A DNA stretch of 64,000 nt from Octopus vulgaris. Its lineage: Eukaryota. Position numbers and translations under genes: made by a program. Shown piece by piece: positions 38,481 through 50,994 of this stretch (its first letter is position 1; each line of letters opens with the position of its first letter). The notes beneath the pieces were generated by a model, which was given only the letters and a program-made list of their open reading frames with translations, ran no database searches and was not told where the DNA came from. The DNA lies in contig OX597827.1 in the NCBI GenBank assembly GCA_951406725.2, forward strand, positions 56,606,001 through 56,670,000. Direction: 5' to 3'.

Positions 38481-38609
38481 CCAGAATTCTTGCACACAAC
38501 TGTAGTGTTAACTTCTGTTTTGGTTTTGTCTTAGTTGACACGTAAAAGATTTCCTTTACCACATGTTCCTTACGGGCATTAAATTTAAGCACCACATCAT
38601 GACCTTTCC
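38481..38609 (-). CDS. ADISSP: C20orf27/ADISSP homologue, coding exon 3
   Basis: ttcctattcag|GG AAA GGT CAT...AGA ATT CTG G|gtgagt; 129 nt, phase 1-1; FNARKEHVVKE...LCARILG resembles YSAHKEGVLKE...VQARVM. Confidence 0.9.
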
Positions 38610-39729
38610 CTGAATAGGAAGAGAGAGAGAGGGAGAGAGAAAAAATAAACAGGTATACAGTATAATTTTTAAAGGTTGTAACATGATCAGAGAATTCTGT
38701 GTCTGTTCTTGAGTTTTCTTTTCTGGATCTCTTAACAATGAGAAAGAACTGACACTTGTTTATTCAACTTGGTCATGGGCAAACTGTGGCATGTGGGACT
38801 TTCTTATTTCTTTATTGCCCACAAGAGGCTAAACATAGAGGGGACAAACAAGGACAGATAAACAGATTAAGTTGATTACGTTGACCCTAGTGCATAACTG
38901 GTACTTAATTCCTCGACTCCGAAAGGATGAAAGGTAAAGTCTACATCAGCAGTTGACTAAAAATCCTTCAAGTGCTCGAGCATGACCACAGTCTAATGAC
39001 TGGAACATGTAATAGGCGTAGGAGTGGCTGTGTGGTAAGTAGCTTGCTTCCCAATCACATGGTTTCGGGTTCAGTCCCACTGCATGGCACCTTGGGCAAG
39101 TGTCCTTTACTATGGCCTCGGGCCGACCAAAGCCTTGTGAGTGGATTTGGTAGACGGAAACTGAAAGAAGCCCATAGTATATAAGTATATATGTGTATAT
39201 ATGTGTGTGTGTGTGTGTGTGTATGTTTGTGTGTCTGTGTTTGTCCCCCCAACATCATTTGACAACCGATGCTGGTGTGTTTATGTCCCTGTAACTTAAC
39301 GGTTCGGCAAAAGAGACCGATAGAATAAGAACTAGGCTTCCAAAGAAAAAAGTCCTGTGGTCGATTTGCTTGACTAAAGGCGGTGCTCCAGCATGGCCAC
39401 AGTCAAATGACTGAAACAAGTAAAAGAGTACACACACACAAAAGCGTGGCTTGTTTACAACTTTGTAACTTAACAGTTTGGCAAACAATACTGATTGGAT
39501 AAGTAACAGATGTGAAAAAATATGTACCGGGATTGATTTTGATTGACTGAAACCCTTCATTGCAATGCCCCAACATGACTAAAATCCAACAACAGGAATG
39601 AATGTAACAGATGAGGGAGTGTAATGTCTTACTAAATATCTAAGGGAGGTAAACTATTCAAGCAACTTTTGATTTGTACAGTTTTCTTTTCAATACACCT
39701 TAATAAGCTTGGCTCTGTTTGTTGTTTAG

Positions 39730-40123
39730 ATGGATGGAAGCACTCCGTCGGTTACGACGACAAGGGTTCCGGTTGATCCGAATCAATGGAACAGCCTGCT
39801 CGTGAAATTAACGTGTAAGTGGCTGAGCACTCCACAGACATGTGTAGTGTACTCTTAACGTAGTTCTCGGGGATATTCAGCGTGACACAGAGAGTGACAA
39901 GGCCGGCCCTTTGAAGTACAGGTACAACAGAAGCAGAAAGTAAGAGTGAGAGAAAGTTGTGGTGAAAGAGTACAGCAGGGATCACCACCATCCCCTGCCG
40001 GAGCCTCATGGAGATTTAGGTGTTTTCGTTCAATAAACACTCACAACGCCCAGTCTGGGAATCGAAACCGCGATCCTATGACTGCGAGTTTGCTGCCCTA
40101 ACCACTGGGCCATTGCGCCTCCA
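39730..40123 (-). mobile_element. tRNA-derived SINE 'family C'
   Basis: Head GGAGGCGCAATGGCCCAGTGGTTAGGGCAGC...GGTTTCGATTCCC; other copies at 24345-24617 and 51570-51872, which have a different 3' tail. Confidence 0.85.
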
Positions 40124-40675
40124 CTGTTTAGATGAACTTTCTTTAACTAACCATTCATGTGTGAAGTAGAGTTATGTACGTCATTAGTAACACAATAGTT
40201 GTAGTTTGAATCAAAAGTTGCATGTCCACATATCTTAACCTGAGCCTCATATTAGTAATAACAATAGATAAAACATACATTATTAAATTTGATCTACAAA
40301 TTCCAGAGGCAAAGTATCTTCTATTACAGCTTCAGGTCAACCCAACGTATAAATTTAAAAAATGTAACAATAGTACATTGTTATTTAATGATGTATTACT
40401 TTTTCTATGCTGACATGCATTGGTTGGTTTGACAGGAAATGACAAGCCAGAGGGATTGTGTTGAACTCCAGTGTCTGTTTTGATATGGTTTCTATAGCCA
40501 AGCACTTTACAGTGTACTGGGCGCTTCTTTGTTCATAGCACCAGCACTAGTGAGATCACTAAGTTCTCACAGAGAAAGGCCTCTCATGTGAGAGTGGTGT
40601 AGTACTGAAGGAGGAGGTGAAAATAGGATATAGGTTCAGAAACAGATGTCATACTGAAAAGGAAAATACATGGCT

Positions 40676-40706
<31 letters not shown>

Positions 40707-42984
40707 TACTCTCAAAGTACAAGATAAATATGAGATGTTTTTTATTTCATTCTGTAGTATAATGCGTGAAGGTGCATGGCTCAGTGGTTAGAGTACCAGG
40801 CTCACAATCATGAAGTAGTGAGTTCGATTCCTAGATTGGGCTGTGCATTGTGTTCTTGAGCAAAATACTTTATTTTTCAAGTTGCTCCAGTTCACTCAGC
40901 TGCAGAAATGAGTCGCAACATCGCTTGTGTCAAGCTGTATCTGTCTTTGCCTTTCCCTTAGATAAGATTGGTGGCATGGAGAGGAGAAGCTGGAATGCAT
41001 GGGTGACTGGTGGTCTTCCATAAACGACTTACGACCTTGCCTGGACTTGTGCCTCAGAGGGTAACTTTCTTGGTGCAATCCTATGGTCATTCATAACACC
41101 AAAGGGTGTCTTCACACTTTTTTCCAGCGTCCTTACCTGGCTTCCGTGCCGGTGGCGCCTTAAAAGCACCAACCGATCGTGGCCGATGCCAGACTCCCCT
41201 GGCACCTGTGCCGGCGGCACGTAAAAAGCACCCACTACACTCGCGGAGTGGTTGGCGTTAGGAAGGGCATCCAGCTGTAGAAACACTGCCAGATCAGACT
41301 GGAGCCTGGTGCAGCCCCTGGCTTCCTAGACCCCGGTCGAACCGTCCAACCCGTGCTGGACGTTAAACGATGATGATGATGAAATGTTAGCACGCCGGGT
41401 GAAATGCGTAGCCGTATTTTGTCTGCCGTTACGTTCTGAGTTCAAATTCCGCCGAGGTCGACTTGGCCTTTCATCCTTTCGGGGTCGATAAATAAAGTAC
41501 CAGTTACACACTGGGGTCGATGTAATCGACTTAATCCGTTTGTCTGTCCTTGTTTGTCCCCTCTGTGTTTAGCCCCTTGTGGGCAGTAAAGAAATATATA
41601 TATATAAACACAAAATTGGAATCTACTCATGGGATTTATTATGCTAGAAAGAACAGCTAGGTTCCAAAACCACAAAATTAGGGATTTTATAACCTAGCTG
41701 TTCTTTCTAGTGTGATGAATCCCATGAGTGGATTTCTATTATGTGTTTAAATATACACTGTATTTTATGAGTAATACATAGTCTTTGGACTAAATTTATA
41801 CACGCTAGGCCACTGGAGGTGAACATTTCTATTAATTTTCATTTCCCTTCAATATCATCATCATCATCATCATCATTTAACATCCGCTTTCCATGCTAGC
41901 ATGGGTTGGACGGTTCAACTGGGGTCTGGGAAGCCCGAAGGCTGCACCAGGCCAGTCAGATCTGGCACTGTTTCTACAGCTGGATGCCCTTCCTAACGCC
42001 AACCACTCCGAGAGTGTAGTGGGTGATTTTATGTGCCACCGACACAGGTGCCAGACGAGGCTTTCGAACGGCCACGCTCGGATGGTGTTTTTTATGTGCC
42101 ACCGATACAGGTGCCAGACGAGGCTGGCGAACGGCCACGCTCGGATGGTGTTTTTTATGTGCCACCGACACAGGTTGCAGACGATTATATGATTATATAT
42201 ATATATATATCATCATCATCGTTTGACGTCCGTTTCCATGCTAGCATGGGTTGGACGGTTCGACCTGGGGCTGGGAAGCCAGGAGGCTGAACCAGGCTCC
42301 AGTCTGATCTGGCAGTATTTCTACAGCTGGATGCCCTTCCTAACGCCAACTACTCTGTGAGTGTAGTAGGTGCTTTTTATGTGCCACCGGCACAGGTGCC
42401 AGGGGAAGCAGGCAGTGACTACGATCGGTTGGTGCTTTTTACGTGCCACCGGCATGGAAGCCAGTTAAGGCAGCACTGGCATCAGCCACGTTCGGATGGT
42501 GCTTTTTACATGCCACCGGCACAGGCATCACAACTACAATTTCCATTTGATTTTTATTTTGATGCTGATGTACTTGACTCATAGGTCTCCTCAAGCACAT
42601 ACACACACACAAACACATACACACACACAAACACATACACACACACATAACTACTGCAGTAGAGTTTGCTCTAAGAGAACATCCATGTTTAAATGGGAAT
42701 AAATATGACCTTTCAGTATTAATATTGACTCTGTCACTAATATATATTTTTTATCAAGCTCACTGGCTAATTGTTCAGGCACTGTTTTTCTATATATCAC
42801 TGGTGGTAGGGATGAGTTGCTGCTATCTAGCAGTTGAGTGTCCATCATTGAGAAAACAAAGGAAGGTCAAAATCATGTGATCTGGTGGTCTCAGTGCTGG
42901 AAATGACAGGAATTTATCTCCCCACTAGTGATATAAACTAGTGTGCATCTACATTTAAGTGGAAATAAGTATATATATTATACA

Positions 42985-43325
42985 CTGAGACCCCCTTCGG
43001 TCACGACACAGACCATGGGATTGCACTGAGAAAGTTACCCTCCCAGGCACAAGTCTGGGCAAGGTTGTTTATGGAAGACCAGCAGTCGCCCATGCATACT
43101 GGCCTCCCCTCTCCACACCACCAGTGTTATCCAAGAGAAAGTCAAAGGCCGATACAGCTTGGCACCTGTGATGTCTCAACTCATTTCTACAGCTGAGTGA
43201 ACTGGAGCAATGTGAAATAAAGTCTCTTGCTCAAGAACACAACACGCAGCCCGCTCCAGGATTCGAACTCACAACCTCACGATCGTAAGCTCAATGCTCT
43301 AACCACTGAGCCATGCGCCTTCACA
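42985..43325 (-). mobile_element. tRNA-derived SINE 'family D'
   Basis: Head GTGAAGGCGCATGGCTCAGTGGTTAGAGC...GAGTTCGAATCC; other copies at 40766-41110(+), 27330-27545(-), 16545-16690 (partial), 55709-55990. Confidence 0.85.
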
Positions 43326-43586
43326 TATCATACTCTACAGTAGAATAATATCACAGATTATGTTTCCTGTTGAAATAAAATCCAAGATTGAAAAAAAAAA
43401 ACAAACCAAAAAACGATTTAGCCAATTGAATCAGTATCAGGAGATAATTGAAACTTATTTTAAATAATCTTGGAAGGATAAAGAAAAAGATGACCATTAC
43501 CCCAGCATAGAATGATGAGATGAAATGAAATACCATTAAGCAATTTAGTACACACACATACAAAGAAGTATAATATGATGAGTGAA

Positions 43587-43982
43587 TTAACCCTTTAGCA
43601 TTTAGATTACTTTGTCAAATGTAAAGCTTATTCATTCACAAAATTTTGAATTAATCATGTATTCTCTCATAGCATTGACATTTCAATGATATCATCATCA
43701 TCATCGTTTAACGTCCGTTTTCCATGCTAGCATGGGTTGGATGATTTGACTGAGGACTGGCGAACCAGATGGTTGCACCAGGCTCCAATCTTGATCTGGC
43801 AGAGTTTCTACAGCTGGATGCTCTTCCTAATGCCAACCACTCTGAGAGTGTAGTGGGTGCTTTTGTTGATTTTTAGAATGACATTGTAGAGTAGTTGTGA
43901 GAGACCAAATCTAGCTGATTTGAGCACAAAACAGGTAAAATATTTGGGCCAGATATGGCTGGTTTAAATGCTAAAGGGTTAA
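43587..43982. mobile_element. piggyBac-like MITE containing a family E insertion
   Basis: TTAA-CCCTTTAGCATTTA ... TAAATGCTAAAGGG-TTAA (TIR plus TTAA TSD); relatives at 24105-24975 and 36177-36359. Confidence 0.8.
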
Positions 43983-44025
43983 CCAACAGTTTGCTATTAA
44001 AGCAACAACAGTAACAAGAACCTAC

Positions 44026-44259
44026 CGTCTTGAGTTGGTGTAAACGAGAGTACTTTTATATACACATTCCTTTTGGCTTTTGGTTCTATGAGTAAATCTT
44101 CACCCAGGTTGTGATTGAAGGCGAACGTTACCTCGTACACATGGTCAAGTTGTAAGAAGCCTAACTTTACATCAATATGGTTTTTGCCTGAATCTAGCAC
44201 CAGAATCTGAGCTTCGTGAAGTGATACTTCTTCCTCAGGGAAATGGACATGTCCTGAGT
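44026..44259 (-). CDS. ADISSP: C20orf27/ADISSP homologue, coding exon 2
   Basis: attttctag|AC TCA GGA CAT GTC CAT TTC...CAA GAC G|gtaggt; 234 nt, phase 1-1; GHVHFPEE..LHEAQI...DVKLGFLQLDHVYEVTF resembles SHVHFDEKLHDSVV...VKVGFLKILHRYEITF. Confidence 0.92.
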
Positions 44260-44309
44260 CTAGAAAATATTCATAGAAATAGATATATGTGTGTTAGTAT
44301 ACATACATA

Positions 44310-44672
44310 TTGGCCTTGTGCCAAAATTTGAAATCAATATTTATGATCATTTTCCATGCTTAAGCACTACATCATAAAGTCATGTGTATATGTATGTATA
44401 CATGTGTGTGTATACATACACACACATATATTTATACACAAATCTGTATGTCTGTTTATCTATTTGTTTCTTTCTCATTTACACCCAGTGTATACATATA
44501 CACTGGGTGTAAGTGTATACACTGGATGTAAATGAGAAAGAAACAAATAGATAAATATATGTGTGTGTATGTATACACACATGTATACATACATATACAC
44601 ATGACTTTATGATGTAGCGCTTAAGCATGGAAAATGACCATAAATATTGATTTCAAATTTTGGCACGAGGCC
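44310..44672. repeat. Inverted duplication of local intronic sequence (~160-bp arms)
   Basis: TGGCCTTGTGCCAAAATTTGAAATCAATATTTATG...CCAGTGTATAC versus GTATACACTGG...CATAAATATTGATTTCAAATTTTGGCACGAGGCCA. Confidence 0.92.
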
Positions 44673-46255
44673 AACAATTTCAGGGGGGGGGGGGGTAAGT
44701 CAATTAGTCAATTACACTAACCTCAGTGCTGAACTGGTATTTATTTTATCAAGCCCAAAAGGATAAAAAAACACAAAGTCAACCTTAGCAGAATTTGAAC
44801 TCGGAGCATAAGGATGGGAGAATTGCTGCTAAACATTTTAGCTGGCATGCAAACAATCCTGCCAGTCCACCATAAATATTAGAGTTCAGTACCATTACAT
44901 CAAAAAGGCAGTGATGCTGGCAGAATCAGAAGCACACAGGACAAAATGCTAAACAGCACTTCATCTTGTCTTCATGTTCTGAGTTCAAATTCCATCGAGG
45001 TTGACTTTGCCTTTCAACCTTCCAGGGCTGATAAAATACATACTGGTTGAGTACCGGGGTTGATGTAATTGACTTAATCCCTTCCCTGAAATTGCTGGCC
45101 TTGTGCTAAAGTTTGAAACCAATTACATTACATCCCATTAAACTTTGAAATTTCATATGTTAATTGAACTTACATGTAATTATATAACCATGGTTGTTAT
45201 AGTGTTACATAAGAATTATTGAAACAACTGAAAAAACATGAATATTCTTTAACCCTTGATACCAATCTGGTTGAAACTGGCTCTGTGGTGCAAATGTCTT
45301 GTTTTCATAAGTTTTGAATTAAAATCTTCCACCAAACCTTAGTCACAATTTATGTTCCTAACACTAGCTTAATGATAACGAAGTTATTTTACTAAATTCT
45401 TTGTTATATTTTAAATAATTGAAAGACACACAGAGCAATCTCAACAGAAATATAGTAATGAAAGGGTTAAAATGTGTACATTGCATATACGATAATTAAT
45501 TCATATTATTTTAATGTTCACTTTTCTTTTCCAGGCATGCATGGGTTGGATGGAAGTTATTGTGATATATTTTCTACAGCTGGATACACCTTCCTATTGC
45601 CAACCCTTAACAGCTTTCAAGCAAAGCAATATTTCCCTATGACCAGACACCGTTTTGTAGAATATAGCAAATGAATAACATTCATTTACAACAATCACAT
45701 GATGTCAAGATACGGAGACACAGACACACACACATAGGATGGGCTTCTTTCAGCCTGGGGCTATATAGTTAAGCACACTTGCTCAAACTGGATGCAAAAC
45801 TGTGGTTGTGGTTGAGAAGCAAACTTTTTAACCAGACAGTAACACCTGTGTAAAAATATACACATCTCATCTTTTACTTGTTTCTGTCATTAGACTGTGG
45901 CTATGCTGGGGTATTACCCTTGAAGAATTTTAGTCAAACAAATCCACCCCAGTACTTTATTTTTAAGCCTGGTCCTTATTCCATTGGTCTCTTTTAGCAA
46001 AATGCTAAGTTACAGGGATGTATACACAGACACAAAGACACATGCACACACATGACAGGCTTCTTTCAATTTCTGTCTGCCAAATCCACTTAGGTTTTGG
46101 TCAGCAGCTCAAGGCTAGAATAGAAGGTACCCAGCCAAGGTTCCACACAGTGGGACTGAACCTAGAACCATGTGGTTGGTAAGCAAATACCTAAATATCT
46201 TACCATTCTAGCTATGCCTGTGCCTATATATTTATTTACATATAATACAAATGTA

Positions 46256-46298
<43 letters not shown>

Positions 46299-47437
46299 TA
46301 CAATAAAAAAGATCTATAAACAGTGAAGTCTAGTATAATTTTTAGCTTTGGTTCTATTTTTGCATAAGACCAAAAATTTTAAGCAAGGAATATAGATTTC
46401 AAATATTGGCACAAGCCCAGCAAGATCAGTGGGCGGGAGGGGTTTGTGAATCCAGTGCTCAACTGGTACTTATTTTATTGACCCCAAACAGATGAAAGAC
46501 AAAGTCGACCTCAGTGGAATTTGAACTCAGAATATAAAGACGGATGAAATGCCATTCAGCATTTTGCCCTGCGTGCTAACAATTCTGCCAGCTCGAGGCC
46601 TATTACGATAGCATGGGCATACGTGTATTTCTCATACTGACTGACTTAAGCAAGAAATATAGCCAACTGAACCAACAACTCTCAATCTCCTAGATATATA
46701 CACAGGTGAAACTGAACACCACGCTCTGTCCACAAAGTCATAAATTTTTCTTTCGGAAAAATTATAAATCATTTCTGGTACTGTTTCACTTATAAATCTG
46801 GCCTCCACATTGTGTCTATTTATGTATCTCAATAAATTAAATAAAGTATCTTAGCAACTGACACAATTATAAACAATCATTTCCTTGGCCTATTAATAAT
46901 TCAAACACTGTGAAAAAGTAAAAAGTTCTTTTTTTAGGTATGACCATTTGGCCTTAGATTCAGTCCCACCCCACGGTACCTCGGGCATGTGTCTTCTACT
47001 ATAGCGTTAGGCTAAGCAAAGCCTTGGGAGTGGATTAGGTGGATGGAAACTGAAAGAAGCTTATCATCATCATCATCATCATCATCATTTAGTGTCTGCT
47101 TTCCATGCAGACATGGGTTAGACAGTTTGACTGAAACTGGTAAGCTGCACCAGGTTCCAATCTGATTTAGCTTGGTTTCTACAACTGGATGCCCTTCCTA
47201 ACACCAACCACTCAAAAAGTGTAATGGGTGCTTTTTATGTGCCACTGGCATGGGTGCCAGTTATGTGACACTGGCATTGGCCATGACTACAATTTCACTT
47301 GGCTTGATGGGTCATCTCAAGCATGGCATACAGCCAAAGGTCTCAGTCACTTATCATTGCCTCCATGAGACCCAATGTTTGAAGGGTGCTTTTACATGCC
47401 ACTGGCATGGGTGCCAGTTACGAGACACCGGCATGTG

Positions 47438-47476
<39 letters not shown>

Positions 47477-47480
<4 letters not shown>

Positions 47481-47712
47481 TAGTTATCGCCATACTAATA
47501 TGGCATTCTTAAAAATAAGAATAAAGCTGTCGCTGATTAGCTCCATGAAGCCATCACCTCAAGCTAGCTACTTGACACACATGGAGCTAATCAGCGACAG
47601 CTTTATTCTTATTTTTAAGAATGCCATATTAGTATGGCGATAACTATTAATTTCCAGAAACGCTGTCGTAATCTCTTTTAAAGAGACTTAGTAATTTTAA
47701 TATTTCTATTAT
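47477..47712. mobile_element. Fold-back copy of the 6021-6292 Penelope-like family, perfect 71-bp arms
   Basis: 47477-47547 is the exact reverse complement of 47580-47650; the right arm continues to the family terminus; (TA)n on both sides. Confidence 0.85.
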
Positions 47713-48845
47713 ATATATATATATATATATATATACATACATGTGTGTGTGAGTGCATGCACCTTTGTGTTTGTCCTCCACCACGCCATGATAACTAAGT
47801 GTTGGTTTGTTCTCATTAACTTAGTGGTTCAGTAAAACTGATTGATAGAATAAGTACCAGACCGTGAAGAAAAAAAGAAATATTGTTGTTGATTTACTCA
47901 ACTAAACTAGTGGTTCTCAACTGGAGGGACATATAAGTATTTTAGGGGTTAAGGAATAAAAACTTCGCTTTAGATGTATTTATTGCTTCTTTCTGTAATG
48001 CTTAACATAGTTCAACATAATTTCCAACCACTGAAATGCATTCTTTTAAAGAGCACTAGTGCAAACCTACACAAGGTGACTGGGTCCAAAACAAAACAAG
48101 AATATTGAAAGGAGTATCTAGAAAAACTAGTTTTTAAAAAAAATCAAATGGTTATGGGTGGTGTCCACCTGAATAAAATAGTAATCAAAGTGGTGTATCA
48201 TCATCATCATCATCGTTTAACGTCCGTTTTCCATGCTAGCATGGGTTGGACGGTTAAACTGGGGTCTGGGGAGCCAGTAGGCTGCGCCAGGCTCAGTCTG
48301 ATCTGGCAGTGTTTCTACAGCTGGATGCCCTTCCTAACGCCAACCACTCCGTGAATGTAGTGTGTCCCTTTTTATGTGTCACCTGCACAGGTGCCAGATG
48401 AGGCTGGCAAATGCCCACAATCAGATGGTGCTTTTTACGTGCCACCAGCACGGGGGCCAGACGAGGCTGACAATGGCCTAAGGCTGACAGGTGAAAAAAA
48501 AAAAAAAAAGGTTAAGAACCACTAAAGCTGTGTTCCAACACAACCACAGTTCAATAATGAATGAAGCAAGTAAAAGACAAATGTTTATAATTCATAAGAC
48601 TGGCATTTATTTCTGAACCATTTGGGTTTATGTTTTCTAGTAAAGGCGTTGCTATTCATTTTCTCAATCAAATAAAACTGACTGCTATTACAGACAACAG
48701 ACAATCCAACACATGTAGTAGGATATGACTTTGCAATTCACAGGCCAAGTTGAAGTCATATAGTGGGTTTTATATTTTGTTTTATCTATTATATAAAATC
48801 CGTTCTGTCTGTCTGTGTGTGTGTCTTCTCGGATTTCGGGCATCC

Positions 48846-49074
48846 TCCATCATAGCATTATGGAGGTCCTGTTGCTGGATGCCTGTATCCCTGGAGATTA
48901 CATCAGGGTAGGAGAGTGTGCGCACTCTGGTATTGCAAGTAGATGGCTTCCAGAGGAGAAGAGTAGAAATTGCCTCGTTTTCAGCTCTACAACAATGTCC
49001 AGCAAACTGGACTCTGCTACCTTTTTCAGAAGAGATGACATTGTCTCGACCACGGTCGAACAATGATGGTGATG
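48846..49074. mobile_element. RTE-like LINE 3' fragment with internal inversion
   Basis: Same family as 19440-19885; body on the - strand (48846-49040), terminal ATTGTCTCGACCACGGTCGAACAATGATG on the + strand. Confidence 0.8.
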
Positions 49075-49279
49075 AGAAAAAGGGTAAGAGCAGAGAGAAC
49101 AGGCTTCTTGTTGTATAGATGGGATATGGCTATTCACATTTTAGAAGAGAGAGAGAGGACATGTGGAATTGGAAAGTGATATAAACAGCAATGAAATATC
49201 ATGAGTGAGAGTGTGATGTAGGAGATGTCTTGAGAGTTCAGGGCAGCAGAACAGAAATGATGAAACAGTAAACATGGTC

Positions 49280-49325
<46 letters not shown>

Positions 49326-49761
49326 ATATGTTTGTGTGTCTGTGTTTGTCCCCCCAACATCGCTTCACAACCGATGCTGGTGTGTTTATGTCCCCGTAAC
49401 TTAGCGGTTCGGCAAAAGAGACCGATAGAATGGCTACTGGGCTTACAGGGAAAAAGTCCTGGGGTCGAATTGCTCGACTAAAGGTGGTGCTCCAGCATGG
49501 CCACAGTCAAATGACTGAAACAAATAAAAGAGTAAAAGAGAGTATGGTGGGTATGAAAGAGAAATAATGTGTTGGTGGGTAGGTTGCAGGAATAAGATGG
49601 GGGGGGGAGAGAAATGCTGGTGCAGTGTACGAGAAGTATGGGATAGGTGTATGATGGGCCAAAGACTGACAACAGTAAAAAAAAAAAAAAATACACAAAC
49701 ACAAATGAACATGTATAATTAGAAAGCAGTAAATTACCTGAAGAGCCAGCTCGTAACTTAC

Positions 49762-49786
49762 CAGAAGAGGAAGCTTCTTGCATCAT
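49762..49786 (-). CDS. ADISSP: C20orf27/ADISSP homologue, first coding exon (MMQEASSS; alternative donor extends to 49738)
   Basis: aaaATGATGCAAGAAGCTTCCTCTTCTG|gtaagt, phase 1, joins exon 2 in frame; upstream in-frame stop; acceptor ttctttcttcag(cag) near 49838 implies a further non-coding 5' exon. Confidence 0.7.
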
Positions 49787-49862
49787 TTTGAAAGATTATT
49801 TTAGAACGGATGAATTAAAAAACTACTGAAGAACCTGCTGAAGAAAGAAAGAAAGAAATGAA

Positions 49863-49903
<41 letters not shown>

Positions 49904-49925
49904 GTAGTAGTAGTAGTAGTAGTAG

Positions 49926-50362
49926 TAAATGCCCTGAAGCAGTACCAAGCAGTGGCTCTCAAAGTTTCTGATCTTAACAGATTGGAAGTGTCATCATGTG
50001 CATTGTTTTGTCTTGGTATGTGCATTTCTGATTACGAGTAGAAGTAGTGGGGGAGCATCATAGCCATGTGTTGAGAGGGTTTCTTTGGGGTTTGAATAAT
50101 TCACCTCTGGAAACATGGGTGGTCGTTCAACATCCTTAAACAACCCTTATTCAGAGACCTTTTGAGCAGGATGGGCTACTTGACCAGAAGAAAATTCTAA
50201 CTGGGCCCCACCTTGATATGAGATCACCATGTTGCACACATATGGTTGTGATTCATGTGCCTGGTGTACCCTTATCAGACAGGTAGTCATGATGGGTATA
50301 ATGGGCTTCGTATATTTTACCCCAGTGTCACTTTGATGGCATGAACTGCTCTCTCATTCAAT
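49926..50362. mobile_element. Probable LINE 3'-end fragment between (TTA/TAG)n and (AAT)n tracts
   Basis: Non-genic block bounded by trinucleotide tails; family not assignable by eye. Confidence 0.4.
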
Positions 50363-50994
50363 ATTAATAATAATAATAATAATAATAATGTTTTGTACTA
50401 CAGGTACATGGCATGAAATTTTAGGGCTAGGGGGCTAGTTAATTACACCAACCCCCAGTGCTTAACTTGTATTTTATTTTATCGAGCCCGAAAGGATTAA
50501 AGGCAAACTTGATTTGGGTGTTATTTGAACTCAGAATCTAAAGCAGGATGAAATGCCATACGTGACAGCTGACAGGTAAAAGCGAGAGGAAAATAAAGAA
50601 CAACAACAAATTAAACAATGCAGACAGGTGTATGAGAGAAAGTGAAGCATTTTTGTAAGGTGGGAAAAAATTAACCAAACAATCAAGTGGGAGACAGGTA
50701 TCCCATTTTGATAATATTTCTTTTAAAGAATTTAGTGTAATTGAATCCATTTATAAAGCTTCTTAGAGGGAAGGCTTCTGGTTACCTTCTAACTTAGATT
50801 ATAGAGTTAAAACTTCAGCTAATAATATATCGCAATAATATATCACATCTCAGTACAAAAGTTGCTTGCTACTGACAAGGGTAGTAATAAATACTAAGTT
50901 ACCAGCGGTAAATTGAGACAGGACTCACTCCTAAGGTATTGGGATTATTTTAAGCAGACACCTTAATATACTAACCTATATAGGTGTTTTTCCG

